Shown here one piece after another: positions 18,066 to 27,914 of a DNA stretch of 53,040 bases. Position 1 is the first letter of the stretch. Every line of letters starts with the position of its first letter. The notes beneath the pieces are model-generated. The model searched no databases, was not told the DNA's origin, and worked only from the letters and a program-made list of their open reading frames with translations. Both the position numbers and the translations under genes were made by a program. The stretch is from Candidatus Nanohaloarchaea archaeon (lineage in GTDB: Archaea > Nanohalarchaeota > Nanosalinia > Nanosalinales > Nanosalinaceae): contig JBDGSJ010000013.1 in the NCBI GenBank assembly GCA_042217585.1, positions 1 to 53,040 on the forward strand, given 5' to 3'.

Positions 18066-21000
18066 ATGAAAAAGACCACGTTTCTGGTCCTGGCCTTCAT
18101 AGCACTGAACGCAGCAGCGGTTTCAGAACCTATAGAGCTAAAGGGAGGTGATATCAGACCTGGAAAGCAGCTTTCCACGTATTTCCTGCCAGATTTCCAG
18201 GGCGAAAGACACGTCATAATACAGCTGGACTACATACCCAACAGCACCCAGAAACAGATGCTGGAAGCGAGAGGTATCGAACTGCTCAGCTACATACCGG
18301 AGAACGCCTGGTACGCAACTGTCGAAAGCCGCGGCCTGAAAACAGCCTCCTCGATAACCTACGTCTCTGCTATCGATCCATCCCGGAAGATAACATCCCG
18401 GCTGAGAAGAGAGATGGATGGGAAAGGATACGTGAGGACCCGGGTGCAGTTCTTCGAGGACCTGAGTCATCCGGTGTCCAGGGAGATAGCTCAAAAATAC
18501 GGGGAGATTCTCAGGGAACCGGAAAAGAGAAACACCTGGCTTGTCAACGTCCCCGAACCGTTTATACGAAATCTATCCCGGCTGGACGACGTAAAACGGC
18601 TAAAAGCGCCTTTACCAGAGAAGAAAACCCTTAACGCAGATTCTAGGGCGCTGATGGATATAAACTACGTCCAGAACAGCCTCGGGCTCAAGGGAGATGG
18701 TACGGCGGTCGCCCTCTGGGACAAGGGCTGGGCAGGCCTTCACCCTGATATCAACTTCAGCTCCGACTACCATATCGGCGACAGGAACGGATGCGGTAGT
18801 TACTGCGAGGTGAAATACCATGCAACACATGTCGCAGGGACTATGGCAGGCAACGGCAACGTCACCTACAGTCTGAGAGGTATAGCTCCCAACGCGACCA
18901 TAGTAACTTATGAATGGCCTGATACAGTGAGCGAAATCTATGGGGAGATAAACGAATCCATCAATGACTACGGAGCGACCCTTTCACAGAACTCCTGGGG
19001 CTACGGTAATTCAAAAGCCTATGGGACGTACGACTCTGTTTCTCAGGTATACGATGATATGGTGCATGACGAGAAGTCACTGAAACGGAGCATACCGATA
19101 ATCTTCTCGGCAGGGAACTCTGGACCTGGATACAATACGACCACAGGACCAGGTGGGACTGCGAAGAACACGATAACGGTAGGTGCGGTGTACGCCAGCA
19201 ACAAGTCAGTTGTGAAGTTCTCATCCCGCGGCCCTGTTAACGGCGGAAGGATCAAGCCTGACGTGATGGCCCATGGTTACAGGGTGAAGTCCACTATGCC
19301 GGATGGCTCGGGATTCTATCCCTACGCAAGTATCAGCGGGACCTCGATGGCGGCGCCCGCGGTTTCCGGGGTCGTGGCGCTGATGAACCAGAAGTTCATG
19401 CAGCAGACTGGCGACTATCCACAGCCGGAGACCGTGAAGGCCATCCTTATCCACACTGCGAACGATATCAACCAGACCGGTCCGGATTACGTGACAGGCT
19501 GGGGTATCGTGAACGGGTCAAAGGCGATCAGCCTTATAGACGACAACGCCACCGGCTACCTGATAAAGAGAGGGAGACTGGCGGACGGGGAGCGGAAGAA
19601 CTATACTTTCTATCTGAAACCTTCGGAAGACGCCAGGCTCACCCTGGTGTGGAGCGATCATCCGGCCGATACGACAGCTTCAGACAAGCTTGTCAACGAC
19701 CTGGACCTCGTGGTCAGGAACGGGTCCGGCCACAGGTTTTTCCCGTGGACCCTGGACCCGGACAACCCTTCAGATCCGGCGGTGAGGACCTCCGAGGACC
19801 ACCGCAACAACCTGGAACAGGTCTATATACCCTCAGGAGCCTCCGGAGAGATAACTGTCTCGGTGCAGGGACATCAGATACCTCAGCCCGAACAGGATTT
19901 CACCCTCATCAAGTCCCGGACCCTCAGGAACGACCTGGAGGTGGAAATCAAGTCCCCCGATAACAGGACATACACCACCAGAGAGGTCAATTTCACTGTA
20001 TCGGCCAACAAGAAGCTTGATACCGGGAAATTCTGGCTGGACTACGGTTCGAACAGTTCCATGCAGAGGAGCGGGGACTACAGGCTCTACAACAGTTCCT
20101 ATCCTCCTATCGGCCAGGGAACCCACAACGTGACTTTCTGGGTGAGGGACAATGAAGGCGTCAAGGAGATGAAGACGAGGTACTTCTCGATCGATACTCT
20201 GGCACCCAACCTGACCGTCTACGAGCCACTGAACACCACTTATTCGACCAGAACCGTGAACCTGAGCCTCACGAACTCCAGCGACGTGGTCAACCTGACC
20301 GCGCAGTTGAATGATGGACCGCGGAAAGTTATCACAGGCAACACTACAAGGTCTCTGTCCTCTGACGGTTTCTACAGGCTTGAGATCCGGGCATGGGACA
20401 GTCATGGCAACGTAAATCTTTCCACGGTCCACTTCACCGTTGACACAGAGGAACCGGACCTGCAGATCCATAGCCCCTCAAGCAAGAATTACAGCACCTC
20501 TGATATCCTGATGAACGTCAGTTCTTCTGACAACAGCTCCATAACCCGTGCAGTTGCCCAGGTGAACTCCAGTAAGAACGTCACTCTGGTGAAGCAGAAA
20601 GGTTCCTGGGTAAACGATTCTCACAGCTTCCAGGAGGGTGACGGAGAAGTCACTTTCTACCTGAAGGATTCTGGAGGAAACGTGGGCTCGAGGTCGGTGA
20701 GGTTCCACGTGGACACACTGAGACCGGATCTGGAGCTTTACAGCCCGCGGAACAGGACCTATGCCAGAGAGACCGTCTGGCTGAACTACACCACCTCCGA
20801 TGACGTGGTCAACGTGACCTACAGGGCCGGGACAGGGCCTTCCAGGACCGCTGACGGCAACTTATCCCAGGACCTCAGCGATGGGTTCTACAACCTGTCG
20901 GTCACCGCCACGGATTCAGCCGGGAACCAGAACAGTTCAGAGGTCTCCTTCACCGTAGATACATCTCCCCCGTCCCTGACGATCGAGAACCCGGACAACA

Positions 21001-23357
21001 GGACCTATACCTTCAGCGATCCGGTGCTGAACGCCTCCGCCTCGGACTTCAGTGGACTGGAATCCGTCATTGCAGAAGTGAACGGGAGCCGGAACGTGAC
21101 CCTGGTCCTGAACAGCTCCTTTTATGTGAACGATACCTACAGCTTCCCAGAGGGCAGTCACAGGCTGTTCTTCTATGCCGGCGATACGGCCGGGAACACT
21201 GCGCGAGAGAACGTGAGTCTCGAGATTGACACTGTCGCCCCGGACCTGACAGTCATCTCTCCTGACCGGCTGGAGGATTCAAGGGATGTATGGTTCAACC
21301 TCTCGACGGATGAGAAGGCAGGAGATGCCTATGTGAATATCGATTCAGGCGGCAATCTCTCCCTGACCGCTAACTCCTCCGGAACAGGTTTCAGCCTGGA
21401 GAGGACAGTCTTCGAGGGGGAACATAACACGACTTTCTGGGTGAAAGACACCGCCGGGAACCTGAACTACAGTTCGCAGAACTTCTCAGTCATGATAGAA
21501 CCAGAGCTTGAAAGGTTCGGCTCAAGGACCTCCAACGGACTTGTGAATAAGACATTTAACATCACACTGAACGTGACTGAGCCGAACCTTGACGCGGTAG
21601 TCCTGAACGTAACTCACCCGAACGGGACCCGGTTCAGTCTCGGTATGGAGAACATCTCCTCACTGGACAGGAACTTCACCCTCTGGTACAGGGATTTCAA
21701 CCTCACCACCTCAGAGGGAAGTTACAGCCTGGAAGTCTTCGTAAACGACACGTTCGGCAATAACGCCACCGGCACGGACACCTTCAACGTCTCCCGTCCC
21801 GTCCGGTTCGATTCAGATGCGCGAGGGACAAGAGCTGTCAACCTTAGCTGGAGTATCTACTATCCCGGCACGAGCGACCTGAGGTACAGCGTAACAACAA
21901 ACTCCACGAATTTTACCCTTCCGGCCGGATACTGGGACCTTGAGCTGGGGTCCAGGGACGGCGAGATGAACGTCTCGGTGAGAGGACTTAACCTCTCCAG
22001 GGAGTTCAACGGAACCGTCAGATGGATGGAAAACGCCTCCACTTCGGGTTTCAGCCAGAGCGGTCTACGTCCCTGGAAGATCTCAGTTATCCGGCTGGAC
22101 CGGGGTTTCAGGTCCGCGACTCTGAACACCAGCTTCGACAGATCTGAACCCGAGAACGGTTTAAGCCTTTTCAGGTGCCGGAGCTGGAACTTTAGCTCCG
22201 GAAACTGCGACTCCACCTGGAGAAACTTCACGGAGAACACGACGTTCCACGCCGGGAAGGCAAGGATAAGTACGGCGGGTTTCTCGGCCTTCCTTATCGC
22301 CGAATCAAGGGATACCTCGGGAGGGGATGATGGCGGAGGTGGCGGTGGAGGAGGCTCGACCGGGTTCTTCGGAGGAGGCACATCGGTCCAGGAACCTGTC
22401 TATCCAGGACCGAGAGTCAGGGGTAATGCCACCTTCCTCAACATCTCCAGGATAAACATCTCAGGAGGAGAGGAAATCGATGTGGAACTTGCGAACGCCT
22501 CGGAGTTCCCCGTCGCCGAGCTGAACCTGACCTCGGAGACGAACGTTACAGGCGGATCTTTCCGAGCGGAGATATTTCAGGAACCTTCAAACGGTACTCC
22601 GCCGGAGTTCCGGGCCCTGAGATACGTGGAGATATCGGGCGACGTCGGGGCGGAGATCCTGGTCCGGAGCTCGAACGCTTCGGACCTTACGCTAATGCGG
22701 CTGAACGGTTCGTGGGAACTTATGAACAGGTCCGTGGGGGATAGTTACTGGCTGAACGTTTCAACGCCCCTGGTCTATGCGGAGGTCGTAAGGAAGGACT
22801 GCTCGCCGGCTCCATTCCCCGCCGTATCGAAGGGGAGCTGTACCGTTTACAGGAACAGCTGTAGAGCTCCAGAAGATGTGGAAAAGGTCCGGAGCTGCGA
22901 GGTCTGGAACGACAGGATGGAAGTCAGAGAGCTGATAGAAAACGCATCGGACCTCACTGAGACCGGGGAACAGAGGAAGATGTTACAGAAAGCCAGGGAA
23001 GAGCTCGAACAGGGCAACCTTTCTGGAGCCGAAGAACTGGCGAGGAAGGTGATGAGGAGGGAGCCGGAGATCAGGAAGAAAGGATTCAGGCCGCCACTTG
23101 GAATCGTGGGAACTATCCTTGCCGTACTGGCGGTATCAGGCGCCGTCTTACTCCACTGGAAGAGACGTAGAAGAAAGAGGAGGATGGTAGAGTTATCCGA
23201 AAGGCTGAAGGGATTAATCCGGAGCATGGACCAGGATAAACTGGACAGGTTTGAGGAAGATCTTAGGGAGGCGCATTCAGCTCTTGAAGAAGGCGATTAC
23301 CGGAAGGCTGATGAGGCGCTGGAGGGACTGCGAAAGGATCTGGATCAGGCCGAGTAA
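18066..23357 (+). CDS. Large membrane-anchored S8 (subtilisin-like) serine protease with Ig-like repeats
   Basis: Signal peptide, prodomain, catalytic WD / HATHVAGT / GTSMAAP, oxyanion SAGNSG, repeated DT.(A/E)P.L...SP.N.TY units, poly-Gly linker near 22320-22380, C-terminal TM. Confidence 0.93.
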   Translation: MKKTTFLVLAFIALNAAAVSEPIELKGGDIRPGKQLSTYFLPDFQGERHVIIQLDYIPNSTQKQMLEARGIELLSYIPENAWYATVESRGLKTASSITYVSAIDPSRKITSRLRREMDGKGYVRTRVQFFEDLSHPVSREIAQKYGEILREPEKRNTWLVNVPEPFIRNLSRLDDVKRLKAPLPEKKTLNADSRALMDINYVQNSLGLKGDGTAVALWDKGWAGLHPDINFSSDYHIGDRNGCGSYCEVKYHATHVAGTMAGNGNVTYSLRGIAPNATIVTYEWPDTVSEIYGEINESINDYGATLSQNSWGYGNSKAYGTYDSVSQVYDDMVHDEKSLKRSIPIIFSAGNSGPGYNTTTGPGGTAKNTITVGAVYASNKSVVKFSSRGPVNGGRIKPDVMAHGYRVKSTMPDGSGFYPYASISGTSMAAPAVSGVVALMNQKFMQQTGDYPQPETVKAILIHTANDINQTGPDYVTGWGIVNGSKAISLIDDNATGYLIKRGRLADGERKNYTFYLKPSEDARLTLVWSDHPADTTASDKLVNDLDLVVRNGSGHRFFPWTLDPDNPSDPAVRTSEDHRNNLEQVYIPSGASGEITVSVQGHQIPQPEQDFTLIKSRTLRNDLEVEIKSPDNRTYTTREVNFTVSANKKLDTGKFWLDYGSNSSMQRSGDYRLYNSSYPPIGQGTHNVTFWVRDNEGVKEMKTRYFSIDTLAPNLTVYEPLNTTYSTRTVNLSLTNSSDVVNLTAQLNDGPRKVITGNTTRSLSSDGFYRLEIRAWDSHGNVNLSTVHFTVDTEEPDLQIHSPSSKNYSTSDILMNVSSSDNSSITRAVAQVNSSKNVTLVKQKGSWVNDSHSFQEGDGEVTFYLKDSGGNVGSRSVRFHVDTLRPDLELYSPRNRTYARETVWLNYTTSDDVVNVTYRAGTGPSRTADGNLSQDLSDGFYNLSVTATDSAGNQNSSEVSFTVDTSPPSLTIENPDNRTYTFSDPVLNASASDFSGLESVIAEVNGSRNVTLVLNSSFYVNDTYSFPEGSHRLFFYAGDTAGNTARENVSLEIDTVAPDLTVISPDRLEDSRDVWFNLSTDEKAGDAYVNIDSGGNLSLTANSSGTGFSLERTVFEGEHNTTFWVKDTAGNLNYSSQNFSVMIEPELERFGSRTSNGLVNKTFNITLNVTEPNLDAVVLNVTHPNGTRFSLGMENISSLDRNFTLWYRDFNLTTSEGSYSLEVFVNDTFGNNATGTDTFNVSRPVRFDSDARGTRAVNLSWSIYYPGTSDLRYSVTTNSTNFTLPAGYWDLELGSRDGEMNVSVRGLNLSREFNGTVRWMENASTSGFSQSGLRPWKISVIRLDRGFRSATLNTSFDRSEPENGLSLFRCRSWNFSSGNCDSTWRNFTENTTFHAGKARISTAGFSAFLIAESRDTSGGDDGGGGGGGGSTGFFGGGTSVQEPVYPGPRVRGNATFLNISRINISGGEEIDVELANASEFPVAELNLTSETNVTGGSFRAEIFQEPSNGTPPEFRALRYVEISGDVGAEILVRSSNASDLTLMRLNGSWELMNRSVGDSYWLNVSTPLVYAEVVRKDCSPAPFPAVSKGSCTVYRNSCRAPEDVEKVRSCEVWNDRMEVRELIENASDLTETGEQRKMLQKAREELEQGNLSGAEELARKVMRREPEIRKKGFRPPLGIVGTILAVLAVSGAVLLHWKRRRRKRRMVELSERLKGLIRSMDQDKLDRFEEDLREAHSALEEGDYRKADEALEGLRKDLDQAE

Positions 23358-24004
23358 CGTATGAGGTACCTGTGGAGGTCCTTCAGCTTCCTGTACGCGA
23401 TGAACGATCCCACGGCCCCTGCTGTCAGGACGACAACGGCCGTGGAGAGGTGGTCTACCTGGGAGGCAAACCAGAGGATATCCTCCTTGACGTACCATCC
23501 CAGGAGGGCCAGGAAGAAGTTCCTCGGCAGCATACCTATGAAGCTCCAGACGCCGTACTGCTTCCACTCCATGCGGAACAGGCCGGCGGACCCCGAGATC
23601 AGCGAGAGAGGTACTATCGGTATCGCGCGGAATAAAGCGACGTAGAGATGCTCTTCGCCCGAAGTGAAGTGTTCCTCCATCTCACGGGCCTCCTCCCACC
23701 GTAGGTCCAGGAGATGGCCATATTTCTGCAGTATCGGCTTTCCGCCGAAGTATGCTATCCCGTAGACGAAGTATGAGCTCAGTACGGATGCTATCGACGC
23801 CGGCAGGGCGATCAGCATGAATATCTGGACCCCTGCAGGCAGCAGTGCCTCAGCCTCAACCAGTATGAAACCTGCCGCCATCGGCACGACCGGCGACGGG
23901 ACCGGCACTATCACCTCCTCGATGACCATACCGAGGACGACGGCGAGGACGCCGTTTTCCCGGATCATCTGGAGGAGGACCTCCTGCGTGAAGCCCAGCA
24001 CCAT
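23345..24004 (-). CDS. DedA/VTT family membrane protein
   Basis: IEEVIVPVPSPVV, FRAIPIVP..LIS..AGLFRM. Confidence 0.88.
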   Translation of the reverse strand: MVLGFTQEVLLQMIRENGVLAVVLGMVIEEVIVPVPSPVVPMAAGFILVEAEALLPAGVQIFMLIALPASIASVLSSYFVYGIAYFGGKPILQKYGHLLDLRWEEAREMEEHFTSGEEHLYVALFRAIPIVPLSLISGSAGLFRMEWKQYGVWSFIGMLPRNFFLALLGWYVKEDILWFASQVDHLSTAVVVLTAGAVGSFIAYRKLKDLHRYLIRYSA

Positions 24005-24041
24005 AGGAAAATCATGACACCTTTCCTTTAAAACAGGTAGC

Positions 24042-25529
24042 TCAGAAGAGGGATCTCAGGAAACCCAGGAAAGCCTCCAGAATCTGTGATACCGTATCAA
24101 GAAATGCTCTCAGGATTCCTTGGCTGTTTCTGATGTTGATGGAGGGGAATGAAGTGTTCAGGTTTCTGCGTTCATGGACGGAGCTGTTCCTGTCCGGGAC
24201 CTCAAGCTCTGTGACGTTGAGGGAGCTGCCGGTCCACTGCACGTTCTCGGCGGAGTAGACCGGGTAATCGTAACTGTTTATCCTGTCAAGGCACCGGTTG
24301 AACTTCTCTCTGGAACCGTACTTGCAGGGCGTGAGGTCCATGTGATGTGAGAGGATATTCCACTTGACATCGGGGTCCTTCACCTCCTTCCCGACTCTGA
24401 GCCTCTGGTAGAACTGTCTCAGAGAGCCGTTCATCCTGGCGATATAGTTCCTCACTATCAGCTCAGAGTACGCGTAACCGAACCTCCTGTACTCCGACGA
24501 CATCGGACTCCAGTTCTTCATGAACTCCCTGTCCTTGCTGTAGTAGTTCCAGAGTACGTCCCGGTCTCCTTTCGACGGGATCGTGTAGTACTCAGGGGTC
24601 GATGGGTGGGGGTCGAACTTCACCCGGTCACCGAACAGTTCCCGCGGAGGCCTGTCGATCCTTCCCTCGCCGTAGAGTTTCTTGTGGACCAGGAACCCGA
24701 TGTACTTGGAGATACCTTCATCGAGGTAGGAAGTCTCTGTCGCATCCCACCTGAACTCCCTGTCGTTCAGGCCGTGGGCCACTTCGTGTGCCAGGACCGG
24801 CAGATACCTGTCCCCGAGACCTGCACGTATCCTTATAACTCCCGCGACGTACTCTCCGGCACTCCAGGACGGGAGACTCCTGTTGTACTCCCCTCCCGGC
24901 ATCGAGGCGACAGGGAACCTCCTGAAACCCTGCCTGAGACCCAGCGTCCCCACCGGGACCTCGTAGGCGATCTCCGTCCTGTCCGGATGACTCCCGAAGA
25001 ACTCGAAGTACTCGGTCTCGTTGCCCTCACCGAACTTGAACCTGACCACCAGCGGTCCTCTCCCCTCGAACTCCATCCTATTGCCGGAGAAGGACTGGTT
25101 GAAGCCGAAACTGGTCCATCCGGAGAGCAGGTTCTCCGAGGTGACGGTACCTGAGGTCCTTACGTCCCGGATGCTCGGAAGCGATACCTGTCTCCTGTAC
25201 AGGTCCCCGTATATCCTTTCGGCGTCCCTTCTCAACAGGAAGGAGATCCTCGCGGTCTCCGTGTTGACAGGGAACTTGATCCTGGAGCCGATCACCGTGT
25301 AACCGTTTATCTCGCCGTTCGCGTCCTCCACGCGGTAAACCGTGGCGTTTTCAGGGACTATCCAGGACTGCCTGTAGTTACAGTTACCGGAACAGTCATA
25401 CCTGAGAGTGGTATTGATCCACATCCTGTCCGGGGTACTGGAAACCTGGTGAAAGACCCTGTCAAGCTGAGAGGCAGCAGGAGATAACATGAGAGAAAAC
25501 AGGACCACTCCAGCCAGCAGTTTCCTCAT
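24042..25529 (-). CDS. Secreted gluzincin-type metallopeptidase-like protein
   Basis: Signal peptide; AGEY, LAHEVAHG and downstream LDEG (HExxH...E); GYAYS. Confidence 0.75.
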   Translation of the reverse strand: MRKLLAGVVLFSLMLSPAASQLDRVFHQVSSTPDRMWINTTLRYDCSGNCNYRQSWIVPENATVYRVEDANGEINGYTVIGSRIKFPVNTETARISFLLRRDAERIYGDLYRRQVSLPSIRDVRTSGTVTSENLLSGWTSFGFNQSFSGNRMEFEGRGPLVVRFKFGEGNETEYFEFFGSHPDRTEIAYEVPVGTLGLRQGFRRFPVASMPGGEYNRSLPSWSAGEYVAGVIRIRAGLGDRYLPVLAHEVAHGLNDREFRWDATETSYLDEGISKYIGFLVHKKLYGEGRIDRPPRELFGDRVKFDPHPSTPEYYTIPSKGDRDVLWNYYSKDREFMKNWSPMSSEYRRFGYAYSELIVRNYIARMNGSLRQFYQRLRVGKEVKDPDVKWNILSHHMDLTPCKYGSREKFNRCLDRINSYDYPVYSAENVQWTGSSLNVTELEVPDRNSSVHERRNLNTSFPSINIRNSQGILRAFLDTVSQILEAFLGFLRSLF

Positions 25530-25582
25530 CGGTTCAGTATTCGGCGTGAAAGAATATAATACCCGGCCCGCAAAATACGTCT

Positions 25583-26167
25583 ATGACAGTTCTTTCCGAC
25601 AGGGACCTGAAAAAACTGGTCAGGAAGGAAAGCGCCGTAGAAGTGGAGGAGGGACCTGAACTGGAGTTCGAGAAACAGCTGGGACCCTCCTCTCTGGACC
25701 TGAGACTGGGCTACGAGTTCGGAGTGCTCGAGACCCGGAAAATAAAGGCTATCGACACGCACAGGATGGAGGACTACTCCGAGATAAAGACGAGCATGAG
25801 GAGAGGACCGGAGGAGGGGATGGTGGTCCACCCCGGCGAGTTCGTTCTGGGATCGACTCTGGAAAGACTGGACGTGCCGCGGGACCTGGTCGCCCGGATC
25901 GAGGGCCGGAGCTCGTACGCCAGGCTGGGGCTCATCCCTCACGCCGCCGCGGGCTTCGTGGACCCGGGTTTCGAGGGACAGATAACGCTGGAGATACAGA
26001 ACCTTGGAAACGTCCCGATAACGATCTACCCGGAGGACCGGATCTGCCAGGTAGTGTTCGAGACCATGACCTCGGAGGCGGAGAACCCCTACGGCGAAAA
26101 GACGGATTCCAAGTACATGGACCAGTCCGGCGCGACGGGCTCGAGGCTCGAGAGGGAGAAACGATAG
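25583..26167 (+). CDS. dcd: dCTP deaminase
   Basis: LSDRD, PSSLDLRLG, EGRSSYARLG, VDPGFEGQITLE, RICQ. Confidence 0.95.
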   Translation: MTVLSDRDLKKLVRKESAVEVEEGPELEFEKQLGPSSLDLRLGYEFGVLETRKIKAIDTHRMEDYSEIKTSMRRGPEEGMVVHPGEFVLGSTLERLDVPRDLVARIEGRSSYARLGLIPHAAAGFVDPGFEGQITLEIQNLGNVPITIYPEDRICQVVFETMTSEAENPYGEKTDSKYMDQSGATGSRLEREKR

Positions 26168-26168
26168 C

Positions 26169-27323
26169 ATGAAGGACTCGATATCGATCGAAAAAGTGGG
26201 GAAGGACCCCGTAAAGGACAGGAAAATCGAACTCGTGGAGAGGAAAGGTATCGGCCATCCCGACTCGATAAGCGACGGGATAGCCGAGAGCATATCAAGA
26301 AAACTGTGTCAGGAGTACCGGGACCGGTTCGGCAGGATACTCCACCACAACACCGACGAGGTCCAGCTGGTCGCGGGCGAGAGCGAACCGGAGTTCGGCT
26401 CCGGAGAGATGAAGAAACCGATCTACATGGTCCTCGCAGGACGGGCCACGAAGAAGCACGAGGGAGAGGTCATCCCGGTCGACGAACTCGCCGTCGAGGC
26501 GGCCAAGGAGTACATCGACGATAACTTCAAGAGACTGGACCCCGAGCACGTGAGTTTCGAGTCACGGGTAGGTGAGACCTCGGCCGACCTCAAATCGGTC
26601 TTCAACTCGGACGGAGTCCCGCTCTCCAACGATACCAGCTTCGGCGTCGGACACGCACCACTCTCCCCTGTGGAGAAAACCGTGAAGGAGCTTGAGCACG
26701 AACTCCACGGGGAGATGAGGGAGGTGGGCGAGGACGTCAAGGTCATGGGACTCAGGAGGAACGGCGAACTGAAGCTTACCGTTGCCGCCGCGCTGATAGG
26801 TCCGGAGGTCGAAAGCCCCGAGAACTACCAGGACGTAATCCGCGAGATCCGTGAAAGAGCGAAGGATAAGGCAAGGAAGGAGACGGACCTGGACGTCTCC
26901 GTGGACGTGAACGCCGCTGACAGCCCGGAGGACAACAGTTTCTACCTCACCGTGACCGGGACCTCTGCGGAGATGGGTGACGACGGCTCCGTTGGACGCG
27001 GAAACCGTGTCAACGGATTGATAACCCCGCAGAGATCGATGAGCCTGGAGGCGGCCTCGGGGAAGAACCCTGTGACCCACGTCGGGAAGATCTACAACCT
27101 GCTCGCGCAGAGGACCTCTAGGAGGATAAGCCGGGAGATGGATGGTTACGCCGGTGTCAGGATACTCTCACAGATCGGCAGTCCCATAACCGGTCCGCAG
27201 ACGGTCGACGTGGAGACGAGCGCCCCAGCCAGGGAGAAGGTCGCGGAGATCGTCGAGGAGGAGGTCCGGGACGCTCCCTCGATCACCGAGGAGGTCGTGG
27301 AGGGACGGCTGGACACGTTCTAG
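26169..27323 (+). CDS. mat: Archaeal-type S-adenosylmethionine synthetase
   Basis: [65 protein letters not shown]. Confidence 0.96.
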   Translation: MKDSISIEKVGKDPVKDRKIELVERKGIGHPDSISDGIAESISRKLCQEYRDRFGRILHHNTDEVQLVAGESEPEFGSGEMKKPIYMVLAGRATKKHEGEVIPVDELAVEAAKEYIDDNFKRLDPEHVSFESRVGETSADLKSVFNSDGVPLSNDTSFGVGHAPLSPVEKTVKELEHELHGEMREVGEDVKVMGLRRNGELKLTVAAALIGPEVESPENYQDVIREIRERAKDKARKETDLDVSVDVNAADSPEDNSFYLTVTGTSAEMGDDGSVGRGNRVNGLITPQRSMSLEAASGKNPVTHVGKIYNLLAQRTSRRISREMDGYAGVRILSQIGSPITGPQTVDVETSAPAREKVAEIVEEEVRDAPSITEEVVEGRLDTF

Positions 27324-27862
27324 CGGGACACGTGGCGGTTGCCGGGGACGTAGAACCGGATCTCATGGTCGCTGTCCACCCCGACGCGGTCCGAGGTCCT
27401 GTACTCTTCTTCACTTCCCTCTTCCACGTGGAGAGGACCAGAGAAGAGGTCCTGCCCGTCCAGTTTTTTCGAGATGTCGAACGCCTCACAGAGCTTTCCG
27501 GGACCTGAGCAGAGCTCTCCCTCTTCCCGGACACCCCTGTTATCCCTCATCTCCTCGACACCCTTCAGCGGCTCCACGGCCCTTATCAGGACCGCGGACG
27601 GCTCCCCTTCCGTCCCGGTCACGAAGTTGAGCATCTGATGTACACCGTAACAGACGTAGACGTACGCGGTACCGGGCGGACCGTACATCGAGTCATTCCG
27701 GTCGGTCCTGCCGGAGGATGCATGGCTCGCCGGGTCCTGCTCACCGCGGTACGCCTCGGTCTCCACGATCCTCCCCTTCAGGCCGTCGCGGACCAGGAAG
27801 TCCCCGAGAAGGTCCCTGGCGACCCTGACCGGGTCACGGGCGTAGAAGCTTTCCTTTCTCAC
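27320..27862 (-). CDS. mpg: DNA-3-methyladenine glycosylase (MPG/AAG family)
   Basis: GRIVETEAY, DPASH, YVYVCYGVH, AVLIRAVEP, GPGKLC. Confidence 0.93.
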   Translation of the reverse strand: MRKESFYARDPVRVARDLLGDFLVRDGLKGRIVETEAYRGEQDPASHASSGRTDRNDSMYGPPGTAYVYVCYGVHQMLNFVTGTEGEPSAVLIRAVEPLKGVEEMRDNRGVREEGELCSGPGKLCEAFDISKKLDGQDLFSGPLHVEEGSEEEYRTSDRVGVDSDHEIRFYVPGNRHVSR

Positions 27863-27914
27863 GGCTCTGTTTCCTGGCTCGAATTTTTAATCTTCCCATC
27901 CCCTTTCTGGAAAC

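Noticed and set aside
19930..21800. Repeats in the subtilase as a DNA repeat array or CRISPR
   Set aside because: Degenerate protein-level Ig-like repeats; no identical nucleotide repeats with spacers.
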